Assembly: GCA_964016885.1 (NCBI GenBank)
Contig: OZ024760.1
Coordinates: 19,220,001-19,284,000 of the forward strand
Direction of reading: 5' to 3'
DNA from: Eledone cirrhosa
Taxonomy: Eukaryota
Length of the DNA: 64,000 bases
Shown: positions 15,236-27,649 of the stretch, piece by piece
How positions within the stretch are numbered: position 1 is the first letter of the stretch
How the letters are laid out: each line of letters opens with the position of its first letter
The notes under the pieces: model-generated
What the model was told of the DNA's origin: nothing
Database searches by the model: none
Seen by the model: only the letters and a program-made list of their open reading frames with translations
Program-made: the position numbers and the translations under genes

Positions 15236-15701
15236 TCGTGGAATCATTTCTTAACATCTACATCATCATCTCCATCATCATCATCAGCTGCATCAACAAC
15301 AACAAAAAATTAATGAAGGGTTTTCCCGCCCTATTCTCCCACAACCTCTTTAGAAATTTCCCATACGAATGACTGAACAGTATGATGGAGGCAGAAAGTT
15401 TCCACCACGCCCGAAATTAAAATTCTGTAAGAAAACGTTGTCTATTTAACAAATAGTTTTGTGCTTAGTTAACTTCTTTCAGTGATTCCCTGGAGCTGGG
15501 GTGGAAGGCATTGTCGAAGCCGCTGGGATTCTGATCGTGAAAATAAAAGTTTGGATGTTTCATATATAATTATATACTAAATAATATCCAGCTAATTTCT
15601 CATATTTTCTCATATTTTCTCATATTTTCTCATATTTCTCATATTCCTAAACCCTTTCTGACAACATAAAATGTTTTAAACCTCCCAATATACACCAGAT
15701 A

Positions 15702-16250
15702 GGCGGCGAATTGGCAGAATCGTTAGAACGTCAGATAGAATGACAGTCGTTAGAACGTCAGATAGAATGACAGTCGTTAGAACGTCAGATAGAATGTCAG
15801 TCGTTAGAACGTCAGATAGAATGACAGTCGTTAGAACGTCAGATAGAATGACAGTCGTTAGAACGTCAGATAGAATGACAGTCGTTAGAACGTCAGATAG
15901 AATGACAGTCGTTAGAACGTCAGATAGAATGACAGTCGTTAGAACGTCAGATAGAATGACAGTCGTTAGAACGTCAGATAGAATGACAGTCGTTAGAACG
16001 TCAGATAGAATGACAGTCGTTAGAACGTCAGATAGAATGACAGTCGTTAGAACGTCAGATAGAATGACAGTCGTTAGAACGTCACATAGAATGTCAGTCG
16101 TTAGAACGTCACATAGAATGTCAGTCGTTAGAACGTCACATAGAATGACACAGTCGTTAGAAGGTCAGATAGAATGACAGTCGTTAGAACGTCAGATAGA
16201 ATGACACAGTCGTTAGAACGTCAGATAGAATGACAGTCGTTAGAACGTTA
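15702..16250 (+). repeat. 27-bp minisatellite (about 19 units) grown from a SINE 5' head
   Basis: Begins ggcggcgaattggcagaatcgttagaacgtcagatagaatg; unit atgacagtcgttagaacgtcagataga. Confidence 0.9.
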
Positions 16251-16867
16251 GATTTACACACACACACACACACACAGATGCACACACATACTAAGACAGA
16301 CACACTCACACACTCACTCACATACACACACTCACACACTCACTCACATACACACACTCACACACTCACTCACATACACACACATACTCACTCACATACA
16401 CACTCACTCACGCACGCGCGCATATATATATGTATATATATATACGTTTGCTTTTGCTACAATCGCATCCCATTGGTATCGACCTATCTAAATTTTTATC
16501 ATACCATATATATATCATACCATATAAATATATATGTGTGTGTGTGTTTATATATTTATAAATGTTTGTGTGTGTTTATATATTTATAAATATGTTTGTG
16601 TGTGCGTGTTTATATATTTATACGCGTGTGTGTGTCTTTATATATTTATACATGTTTGTTTGTGTGTGTGTTTATATATTTATACATGAGTGTTTATATA
16701 TTTATAAATATGTGTGTGTGCGTGTTTATATATTTATACATGTTTGTTTGTGTGTGTGTTTATATATTTATACGTGTGTGTTTGTGTGTGTGAGTGTGTG
16801 TGTGTGTTCCTTGGCTTCAGAACACGTCAATTACTTTCACTTGTTAATTATTATCCATCTTGCATGC

Positions 16868-16898
<31 letters not shown>

Positions 16899-17210
16899 GG
16901 GGTTGAGGGCGAGATTGGGGGAGAGACAGATAGAGAGAACGATTGAAGAAGAAGAGAGAAAGGGAGAGAAAGATAGACAGACGTAAGCCTGTTTGTTTAA
17001 CATTGAAATACTGTTTGTTTGTTTGATTGATTGATATAATTTTTCATATATCGATTAACAAGAATAATCAACAGTCAACATTGAATGATATTTTAACTTT
17101 AAGTATTTCATTAAATTTCTAAAGTGGAGTTGGTGTTGCGCCGGGGGCTGTTGATAATTGAATTGATGAAATATTTTCTCTTAAATCCTTATTTTATATC
17201 CACAAACACG

Positions 17211-17370
17211 ATCTCCTCATTAGTTGTTTTATAGTATATCTCCTCATTAGTTGTTTTATAGTATATCTCCTCATTAGTTGTTTTATAGTATATCTCCTCA
17301 TTAGTTGTTTTATAGTATATCTCCTCATTAGTTGTTTTATAGTATATCTACTCATTAGTTGTTTTATAGT
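17211..17370. repeat. 27-bp tandem repeat, about 6 units
   Basis: atctcctcattagttgttttatagtat. Confidence 0.9.
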
Positions 17371-17842
17371 TCATATATTTATATTTATATTTGTGTTATA
17401 TTTGTATTATATTTGTTATATTTGTGTTATATTTGTGTTATATTTGTATTATATTTGTTATATTTGTATTATATTTGTTATATTTGTGTTATATTTGTAT
17501 TATATTTGTTATATTTGTGTTATATTTGTATTATATTTGTTATATTTGTGTTATATTTGTTATATTTGTTATATATTGTAATTAAAATATTGGTTCCTAT
17601 CTCTTAGATAGAAACAATGCCAACCATATATGGCGTTGCACGTATGTAGACGATTATCTCGACTAAAGTACGTAATTGGCACGTGATCTCTACGTGATCA
17701 GAACGTATTTTGTGTTTGCCATATCCCCTTAGGCGAAGAAACAAATGAAATTGTGCACGAAAGAAATTTATAATTAGATGCGGCCAATCCTTTCAAGTCA
17801 ACGTTAACCTTTTGCAACGGTTCTAATAAAATCCAAAGCTAT

Positions 17843-17930
17843 ATTGTTATATTTGGGGAGGGTCATATTGTTGTTATATTGCCAGAAAAAATATAGTAAA
17901 ACACTCACTGTTTCGTTTTCGTTAGTTTTC
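17843..17930 (-). mobile_element. Solo 3' terminus of the Penelope-like family
   Basis: Reverse complement of aaacagtgagtgtt...ctggcaatat...atatgaccctcccca.tataac, compare 4940-5003. Confidence 0.75.
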
Positions 17931-18343
17931 ACTTCTGAACACAGCAAGTGCAGCAAATACTAGGAAACATTCTCTTTAAAGTTCTGACAATTTTACCACT
18001 TCACCTTTTCAACGTTGTACACCTACAGTCCTTTCTAGATTCTTCTAACGGACTGTAACCTTTCTCAACGTAGACATAGCATTAATTTTAATCAAACTAT
18101 CTGACACTTTCTCTGCTCTTATCAATGACATTATATTCGTATTTTGTATCAAGTCTTCTGGTTCACAAATAATTTATTTTTAAACACTTATTACTGTGGC
18201 ATGCATAATTCTTAAGACATAAGACATGAACACAAACGCACACACACTATGTATGTATCTAAGACTTTTTGTACCATTGTTTCTTGTCTTCTTGAACTAT
18301 ATATATGTCTCTCTATCTATCTATCTATATCGATATCTATCTA

Positions 18344-18374
<31 letters not shown>

Positions 18375-18379
<5 letters not shown>

Positions 18380-18484
18380 GAAGGAAGTGTGGTAAGGAAG
18401 CAGATGGACCATAACGCACCAGAGTACTCAATACTTAGGTTAGTAAACTGGGTAATAGGAAAATGTTCAAGACATTTTCCTATT
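18375..18484 (-). mobile_element. 3' tail of the 12.9-kb family with a short terminal hairpin, in (TA)n
   Basis: Homology to 13005-13090; taataggaaaatgt/acattttcctatta hairpin. Confidence 0.8.
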
Positions 18485-18599
18485 ATATATATATATATAT
18501 CGATGAAATATCAATGATGATTGGCAAATGACTGACGAAGGACTAATTTTATCATATGTAACCCATGTGCAACCACGCAGTATTCTTCTTTCTTCTCAT

Positions 18600-18631
<32 letters not shown>

Positions 18632-18633
<2 letters not shown>

Positions 18634-18830
18634 CTAAGAAATGGAAAAAGATGAGTATTTACTCATCTTTTACCATTTCTAAGCCCACTGTCAGGCTTAA
18701 ATTTCTTTACTCATCTTTTCCTATTCCTTAGAGAGTTGTAGCTAAAATTTCTTTAGTCAGAAATACACCGAAAGCTTCTATTTCTATTTTCAAACTCACT
18801 CGCTGTTTCAAAACAAACTTACTTGTCATC
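18632..18830 (+). repeat. Dispersed repeat; second copy inverted at ~58945-59080
   Basis: agcttctatttcta.tttcaaactc.ctcg.tgtttcaaa shared between the two sites. Confidence 0.7.
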
Positions 18831-19123
18831 TCTTTTGATATTATCTACTGATTCTGATGATTTCGCTACAAAGGAATTAAATGTTACTTCCTTCTGTTGT
18901 AGAATGAAACATATGTAAATCAATTATATAATGCATTAACATATTAAAGCTTGGTGTAATTTTTCGTCTATATTTGATCTGTGATTTTGCAAATCTATGA
19001 TGACAGGAAATTTACAAATTAGATTTAACTCTGAACAGTCTTTCGCCAATATTTATGTGGATAAAGGATGAAATTAAATTAGAGCTATAAATATCGGACT
19101 GCCTTATCTAGTTGTATCAACTC

Positions 19124-19157
<34 letters not shown>

Positions 19158-19158
<1 letters not shown>

Positions 19159-19533
19159 AAAGTTATATTTAAATTGTTGGGTTACAACTAGTAAATATTT
19201 ATAACTGATATAAAAGCACTCAACAAGTATTTGGAGTATATTTACGATATTAAATAAATGGAAACTATATTTATAAAACCATATTTATTTCATTATATAT
19301 ATTTCAGGGATATCATATTAACAATATGTTATGCCTTCTTCAGACAAAATACAATATAGACAGTTTTATAGATAAATAGATTTGAACGGTATGTCAAATC
19401 TATTTATCTATAAAACTGTCTATATTGTATTTTGTCTGAAGAAGGCATAACCTATTGTTAATATGATATCCCTGAAATATATATAATGAAATAAATATGG
19501 TTTTATAAATATAGTTTCCATTTATTTAATATC

Positions 19534-19535
<2 letters not shown>
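19158..19535. mobile_element. Fold-back insert in (TA)n with a complete hammerhead on each arm
   Basis: Arms ~19245-19385 and ~19394-19535, 8-nt loop. Confidence 0.88.
19428..19493 (+). ncRNA. Type I hammerhead ribozyme (mirror copy at 19286-19351, minus strand)
   Basis: Stem I uauuuugu/augaaaua; CUGAAGA 19436-19442; stem II agg..ccu; GAAA 19474-19477; palindromic (AU)n stem III; AUA site. Confidence 0.8.
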
Positions 19536-19562
<27 letters not shown>

Positions 19563-19568
<6 letters not shown>

Positions 19569-19701
19569 CTACTTTTGGCACAAGGGCAGCAATTAGCCAG
19601 TACATTACTGGTATTTTATTGAACTCAGACCATAAAGGGCCGTAACTCTAATCTGCAAAGTATGGTGTCCAACCCTCTACCAATACTGTCAATCCACCGC
19701 C
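19563..19701 (-). mobile_element. tRNA-derived SINE, internally deleted
   Basis: Tail and head (..ccaatccaccgcc) present in reverse orientation. Confidence 0.8.
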
Positions 19702-19702
19702 C

Positions 19703-19744
<42 letters not shown>

Positions 19745-19839
19745 TAAGGGCGTGCACTTCCACGACCTTTCAGACCTGTATTAGTTGGAGTGAGGTCATA
19801 TATTTTGTCGTTCCTGGGGTTTTTAACCCTAGGACAGGA

Positions 19840-19929
19840 AAATGCTTCTCTGATGATCGTTGTTTCTCCATTAATATCCTCGTGATATTTAATGTTTTGC
19901 ACCGTGAAACTGTACAGTTAGGGCCATTT
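19840..19929 (+). ncRNA. Type I hammerhead ribozyme in a solo insert (~19742-20040)
   Basis: Stem I aaaugcuucu/agggccauuu; CUGAUGA 19850-19856; long imperfect stem II; GAAA 19906-19909; palindromic ACUGUACAGU; GUU site 19917-19919. Confidence 0.78.
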
Positions 19930-20879
19930 GAATAGGTAAATATTTATATTATATTTTTTAATTTTGATTAATTTTAATTGTATATTAACTTTGATTTATT
20001 TTGAAAAATTGGTTGAATTTTACTTGTACTGCTTATCTTGATATATATATATATATATATATATATACGGGGTAACAGATTATTGTTGTAGGTATATATA
20101 TATATATAGCTACTGCAAGTAGTACCATAAGTTCAGTGACTTGCTTAGAACTCTCAGAATCCTGGGACCACCAAAGACGTTTCCTCTACTACTACTACTA
20201 CTACTACATTCACTACAACAACAGAACCACTGAAAGGACCTTACAATCCTCCCCCATATCAATTCCCTGTCTTACATGAACAGTCACAATAAAAATACAC
20301 GATGTGAGACCCTATCAACGGAAGTACTTAAAAGATTCTAATGTGAGACTTAGGATTCCATTATTATCTTGATTCAAGAGGAAATTCTTTGTGCTTTCTC
20401 TTTGGTATTTATAAGATTTCTATATATTGGACAGAGGCCTTACTAGAGCAAGGCTTTCAATATTTGTTATGGTTTGCTTGTTCGTTTGTTTGTTTTATTT
20501 TCTTTTGTTTACAAATATATCGAATCCATTAGTTATTTAAATTTTTTTTTTTTTTTTTTTTTTTGTAAGTCTCATTCTTATTTGATCGACGGCTGTTTTG
20601 TGAAACTGCGAAGTACGGGAGTTATAACAAAACAGCAACGTGGATGTAAACATTCTCACTACACACACACACTCATATATATATATATATATATATAGAT
20701 ATAGATATATATATCCAAGAAAATCCCGCTTAAGGTGAAAGCAGTAATTTATTGCTTAAACTTTTAATCCCTACTAAATCTATATAGATAACATATACTT
20801 ATATATATATATATATATATATCGAGCCCTTATTAATTTTATATATATATATACGTATAAATATATGTATATACACACA

Positions 20880-21103
20880 GTTCAAGAGTAACCAATCTTA
20901 AAGAGAGAGATAGGAGAGGAGAGATTGGTGAATTAGTGAGAAGCCAAAGCATAAAGGCATGTGCTCAATGTGCAATATGCAGTAGAAAGCAGCTAGGTGG
21001 TTGGGTTCATGCACAAGTTAGGTGCGCAGAGCTGGAAATATTCATTAGTTAAGCAAAACAAGACCACAAATTTGTGGTCTTGTTTTGCTTAACTAATGAA
21101 TAT
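20880..21103 (-). mobile_element. Fold-back insert with a perfect 66-bp palindrome (21038-21103)
   Basis: Loopless palindrome; the arm sequence recurs at ~37197-37232. Confidence 0.7.
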
Positions 21104-21158
21104 AATTTTTTTTTTGCTTTTCTTGATGAGACTTTCCAAGTATTTAGCCATGTTTTAT

Positions 21159-21236
21159 ATTGCCTCGTCTGACGAACGAATGAAGACGTTTCTTTCGTAT
21201 TCGCCTCATTCGGGAAACCTCTGGTAATGAGGTAAT
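21159..21236 (+). ncRNA. Intact type I hammerhead ribozyme
   Basis: 10-bp stem I auugccucgu/augagguaau; CUGACGA 21169-21175; stem II cgaauga/ucauucg; GAAA 21214-21217; stem III ACC-ucu-GGU; GUA site 21224-21226. Confidence 0.9.
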
Positions 21237-21258
21237 TATATTGTATTGATTTTTATAC

Positions 21259-21299
<41 letters not shown>

Positions 21300-21724
21300 T
21301 CTAATGAGGAACCTATGTCACACTACATTTTTACTTTGCTGGTGGTGGGAGAGACACGTATACACAGTACAACAGTAATTCTTGTCTGATATTTATTTTA
21401 ACGGATCGACCCCGTGACGTGAAGAATGAAACTTTATCATGACCTTGACCTGATTTGAAATCAGAACGTTAAAAAATACGAAAGTAACAAAATATGTATT
21501 ACTGATTATTCCAAAGACCTCCACCCAAGTGTCGTTTAATAACATTGAAGTATTATTAAAACGCTAGGGAATGCCAAGGGTTCTTTAAATGAAATAATTA
21601 CTCGTAATCAATAGCTGCGGAAATATAATTCTATTCGCCATATTGTTGTTGAAAGTTTATCTTAGAGAAACATAAATATCGTCACAGCTTAGTGCTGCTA
21701 GAATAACTTTTCCTACAAGGAATT

Positions 21725-21975
21725 GAAATATTCATGCGGTTAGAATGTCTCAGGAATTCTTTCAGGAAAGAATCGCTGGAAAGATTTTACGGGCAAAAAT
21801 CAACTGACAGGAGACCCAGAGGTAGACTACCCCTGAGCAAAATGGTTGGATAACATCTATGAGCTTTTCTGGTCTCGCTAGGGGATTTATCGGGATCAGT
21901 TGGAGATGGTTGCTTCTGATAGGACCTGCTGGGCGGAGTGTTTGAGGACTCACAGGAATAAGTGGACGACTAAGG
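21725..21975 (+). mobile_element. Decayed 3' end of an RTE-like LINE
   Basis: Frameshifted H.VRMSQE..RIAGKILRAK..RRPRGR..KWLDNI, typical of the RTE-clade C-terminus. Confidence 0.55.
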
Positions 21976-22330
21976 AGGAGGAGAAAAAGTAGGAGAATAA
22001 AGGTGAAAATACATTTTTCAAATAATCCTTTCTGAAAAATAAATAGGCTTAAAGCCATCGAGAATCTTCTTTTTATACCCCCAGGCCTATGAAAATTTCG
22101 GGGAGCAAGTTTGATGAAAGCTTCGCATCTACGCTGTTCCAAGTTCGATACCACAGGGTAGTAAATTTTGTTCTTGGGACTCGAATGTATATTTTATATT
22201 TTAACGAAACATTACTATCTAACATCTAACTCAGATTTTCCGCCCCCTAGTGGTAAGGGTCTTCGGATTATTATCTTACTCAAATTCTTGATTACCTACG
22301 ATTTTTTTTTTTTTATTCCTATATATTATA

Positions 22331-22696
22331 CTAGACCACCCGTGACCCGTTGATCGCGTTCGCTTAAAAATATATCTTTAAAATCATTTTCACTTAAAAA
22401 TAGTTTTTGAATAATTAAAATATATACAGACATGTATATAATGTAACATCAAATTTTCAATCTACCCTCTCATAACCACTAACGCGCGCTCTCTCTCTAT
22501 TTTGTGAAGGTAGCGTGACACCCCCCCCCCCCCCGTAACTCGGGACCCATGCTCCGATTTACGTGAAACTTGTTTATTTCATTTATATTCCCATTTCAGG
22601 GGCAACTTCCTTAAAAGTATTTTCCGATTATGCACCGTTTTGGCTTTATTAAATTACAGACAAGCACACAATCACAGAGTTTTAGTAGTATATAGA
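22331..22696 (-). mobile_element. Non-autonomous Helitron-like element
   Basis: Minus strand reads A|TCTATATACTACTAAAA...CACGGGTGGTCTAG|T: 5'-TC, 3'-CTAG, A/T insertion site, no TSD; subterminal hairpin degenerate. Confidence 0.65.
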
Positions 22697-23029
22697 TTGT
22701 AATATAAAGTATTGTATTGTTTACCGTCCCCCAAACCCCTCCTGGGTAACATTTGAAACAAAGGATTTGGTAAAGTTAATTATAAACATGAGAAAATGTT
22801 AGATGTAAAGGAAATAGCAGATGTATAGTATAATGATGTAGATGGAAGTCTATTGTTTGTAGAATTATATTATGTTGATGTTTTTTATAGCAATGTAAAT
22901 ACCAAAGACACAATAAAGGCCAAAATGAAAGCGGAAATGAGCAGGAAATATTAGTTTTTTTTTTATTTATTCGTGTCAACTCTAAATGACAAATCTACTC
23001 GGTAATATTTTGATTAGGGGCATTATTAA

Positions 23030-23367
23030 TATATTTATATATGTATATATATATATATGTATATGTATATATGTATATATATATATATGTATATATATAT
23101 ATGTATATATGTATATGTATATGTATATATATATATGTATGTGTATATGTATATATATATATATGTATATATATATGTGTATATATATATGTATATATAT
23201 ATAAATAAATTTATATATATGTATATGTATATATAGATAAATAAATTTATATATATATATATGTATCTATATATATATCTATATGTATCTATATATATAT
23301 CTATATGTATCTATATATATATCTATATATATATATATATATATCTATATATATCTATATATATATA

Positions 23368-23408
<41 letters not shown>

Positions 23409-23419
23409 ATATATATATC

Positions 23420-23458
<39 letters not shown>

Positions 23459-23481
23459 GTATATATATATATATATATATC

Positions 23482-23518
<37 letters not shown>

Positions 23519-23539
23519 CTATATATGTATATATATATG

Positions 23540-23574
<35 letters not shown>

Positions 23575-23947
23575 GTATATATATATGTATATATATATAT
23601 GTATATATATGTATATATATATGTATATATATATGTATATATATATGTATATATATATGTATATATATATATATATATCTATATGTATATATATATATAT
23701 CTATATGTATATATATATATGTATATATATGTATATATATATATATCTATATGTATATATATATATATATGTATATATATGTATATATATATATATCTAT
23801 ATGTATATATATATGTATATATATGTATATATATATGTATATATATATGTATATATATGTATATATATATGTATATATATGTATATATATATGTATATAT
23901 ATGTATATATATATGTGTATATATGTATATATATATATATCTATATG

Positions 23948-23978
<31 letters not shown>

Positions 23979-23985
23979 CTATATG

Positions 23986-24016
<31 letters not shown>

Positions 24017-24079
24017 CTATATGTATATATGTATATATATATATATATCTATATGTATATATATATATATATCTATATG

Positions 24080-24111
<32 letters not shown>

Positions 24112-24169
24112 TCTATATGTATATATATATATGTATATCTATATGTATATATATATATGTATATATATG

Positions 24170-24201
<32 letters not shown>

Positions 24202-24273
24202 TCTATATGTATATATATATATGTATATCTATATGTATATATATATATGTATATCTATATATATATCTATATG

Positions 24274-24306
<33 letters not shown>

Positions 24307-24911
24307 GTATATATATATGTATATATATATGTATATATATATGTATATATATATGTATATATATATGTATATATATATGTATATATATATGTATATATAT
24401 ATGTATATATATATGTATGTATATATGTATGTATATATGTATGTATATATGTATGTATATATGTATGTATATATGTATGTATATATGTATGTATATATGT
24501 ATGTATATATGTATGTATATATGTATGTATATATATATGTATATATATATATGTATGTATGTATATATATATGTATATATATATGTATATATATATGTAT
24601 ATATATATGTATATATATATGTATATATATATGTATATATATATGTATATATATATGTATATATATATGTATATATATATGTATATATATATGTATATAT
24701 ATATGTATATATATATGTATATGTATATGTATATGTGTGTGTATATGTGTGTGTATATGTGTATGTATATGTGTATGTATATGTGTATGTATATGTGTAT
24801 GTATATGTGTATGTATATGTGTATGTATATGTGTATGTATATGTGTATGTATATGTGTATGTATATGTGTATGTATATATGTATGTATATATGTATGTAT
24901 ATATGTATGTA
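23030..24911. repeat. TA-derived compound microsatellite
   Basis: Direct inspection. Confidence 0.95.
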
Positions 24912-25105
24912 TGCTGATGATAGCTAACAAGCTTGAAACTAGTACATCGTTCCTGTGTCAGTGTTGAACAAAAAGGTGACGTGGTTGCCTTAACACCGTA
25001 TGGCATAAATTCAGGCTGTTCAGTTTGTTTACAAACGAACAAAGCGACGTTAGCGCCGCTAAACTGATACGTGCATATATGTATGTGTACCTGTATGCAT
25101 ATGTA

Positions 25106-25138
<33 letters not shown>

Positions 25139-25577
25139 GTGCATGCTACTGTACGTCTGTATACATATATGTATGTACGTATACATGCATACTTACATTT
25201 AAGTAAGTGCCATACTAAGAGTGAGAAATGAAATTTCGTTTTCATTTTGTTTCAATTTATCGTTTTCGGTATGCCTAACCGATTTAACTCACTCAATATG
25301 CAAATTAGGCTGCTCAGCCGTTAATTTTCATAAGGAAAGTATATACTTTCGAACGTTCAACTATCTGGCAGATGGGTAAACGGTGCTGATGATAGCTAAC
25401 AAGCTTGAAACTAGTACATCGTTCCTGTGTCAGTGTTGAACAAAAAGGTGACGTGGTTGCCTTAACACCGTATGGCATAAATTCAGGCTGTTCAGTTTGT
25501 TTACAAACGAACAAAGCGACGTTAGCGCCGCTAAACTGATACGTGCATATATGTATGTGTACCTGTATGCATATGTA

Positions 25578-25619
<42 letters not shown>

Positions 25620-26055
25620 CATGCTACTGTACGTCTGTATACATATATGTATGTACGTATACATGCATACTTACATTTAAGTAAGTGCCATACTAAGAGT
25701 GAGAAATGAAATTTCGTTTTCATTTTGTTTCAATTTATCGTTTTCGGTATGCCTAACCGATTTAACTCACTCAATATGCAAATTAGGCTGCTCAGCCGTT
25801 AATTTTCATAAGGAAAGTATATACTTTCGAACGTTCAACTATCTGGCAGATGGGTAAACGGTGCTGATGATAGCTAACAAGCTTGAAACTAGTACATCGT
25901 TCCTGTGTCAGTGTTGAACAAAAAGGTGACGTGGTTGCCTTAACACCGTATGGCATAAATTCAGGCTGTTCAGTTTGTTTACAAACGAACAAAGCGACGT
26001 TAGCGCCGCTAAACTGATACGTGCATATATGTATGTGTACCTGTATGCATATGTA

Positions 26056-26097
<42 letters not shown>

Positions 26098-26533
26098 CAT
26101 GCTACTGTACGTCTGTATACATATATGTATGTACGTATACATGCATACTTACATTTAAGTAAGTGCCATACTAAGAGTGAGAAATGAAATTTCGTTTTCA
26201 TTTTGTTTCAATTTATCGTTTTCGGTATGCCTAACCGATTTAACTCACTCAATATGCAAATTAGGCTGCTCAGCCGTTAATTTTCATAAGGAAAGTATAT
26301 ACTTTCGAACGTTCAACTATCTGGCAGATGGGTAAACGGTGCTGATGATAGCTAACAAGCTTGAAACTAGTACATCGTTCCTGTGTCAGTGTTGAACAAA
26401 AAGGTGACGTGGTTGCCTTAACACCGTATGGCATAAATTCAGGCTGTTCAGTTTGTTTACAAACGAACAAAGCGACGTTAGCGCCGCTAAACTGATACGT
26501 GCATATATGTATGTGTACCTGTATGCATATGTA

Positions 26534-26568
<35 letters not shown>

Positions 26569-27007
26569 GTGCATGCTACTGTACGTCTGTATACATATAT
26601 GTATGTACGTATACATGCATACTTACATTTAAGTAAGTGCCATACTAAGAGTGAGAAATGAAATTTCGTTTTCATTTTGTTTCAATTTATCGTTTTCGGT
26701 ATGCCTAACCGATTTAACTCACTCAATATGCAAATTAGGCTGCTCAGCCGTTAATTTTCATAAGGAAAGTATATACTTTCGAACGTTCAACTATCTGGCA
26801 GATGGGTAAACGGTGCTGATGATAGCTAACAAGCTTGAAACTAGTACATCGTTCCTGTGTCAGTGTTGAACAAAAAGGTGACGTGGTTGCCTTAACACCG
26901 TATGGCATAAATTCAGGCTGTTCAGTTTGTTTACAAACGAACAAAGCGACGTTAGCGCCGCTAAACTGATACGTGCATATATGTATGTGTACCTGTATGC
27001 ATATGTA

Positions 27008-27051
<44 letters not shown>

Positions 27052-27487
27052 CATGCTACTGTACGTCTGTATACATATATGTATGTACGTATACATGCAT
27101 ACTTACATTTAAGTAAGTGCCATACTAAGAGTGAGAAATGAAATTTCGTTTTCATTTTGTTTCAATTTATCGTTTTCGGTATGCCTAACCGATTTAACTC
27201 ACTCAATATGCAAATTAGGCTGCTCAGCCGTTAATTTTCATAAGGAAAGTATATACTTTCGAACGTTCAACTATCTGGCAGATGGGTAAACGGTGCTGAT
27301 GATAGCTAACAAGCTTGAAACTAGTACATCGTTCCTGTGTCAGTGTTGAACAAAAAGGTGACGTGGTTGCCTTAACACCGTATGGCATAAATTCAGGCTG
27401 TTCAGTTTGTTTACAAACGAACAAAGCGACGTTAGCGCCGCTAAACTGATACGTGCATATATGTATGTGTACCTGTATGCATATGTA

Positions 27488-27529
<42 letters not shown>

Positions 27530-27649
27530 CATGCTACTGTACGTCTGTATACATATATGTATGTACGTATACATGCATACTTACATTTAAGTAAGTGCCA
27601 TACTAAGAGTGAGAAATGAAATTTCGTTTTCATTTTGTTTCAATTTATC
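24912..27649 (+). mobile_element. Tandem array of a 472-480-bp hammerhead-containing unit (non-LTR retrozyme-like), about 5.7 copies
   Basis: CTGATGA cores at 24914, 25386, 25864, 26342, 26816 and 27296; units differ almost only in the internal (TA)n length; flanked by TA tracts. Confidence 0.92.
25379..25423 (+). ncRNA. Minimal type I hammerhead, representative of the six copies in the array
   Basis: Stem I aacggug/caucguu; CUGAUGA; u-AGCU-aaca-AGCU-u; GAAA; palindromic ACUAGU; GUA site. Confidence 0.88.

Noticed and set aside
15720-16250. CRISPR-like regular repeat
   Set aside because: No unique spacers, no cas genes, eukaryotic context; derived from a SINE head
18533-18600. CTGACGA in a TA-flanked island; also half-motifs near 6520, 36278, 57365(-) and 60388(-)
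   Set aside because: Only half of the catalytic core is present; may be decayed copies but cannot be supported
25314-27633. Repeated 60-116-aa ORFs in the tandem arrays, and mirrored ORFs at 48690-49074
   Set aside because: Frames change with TA length between units; no protein motif; explained by non-coding repeats
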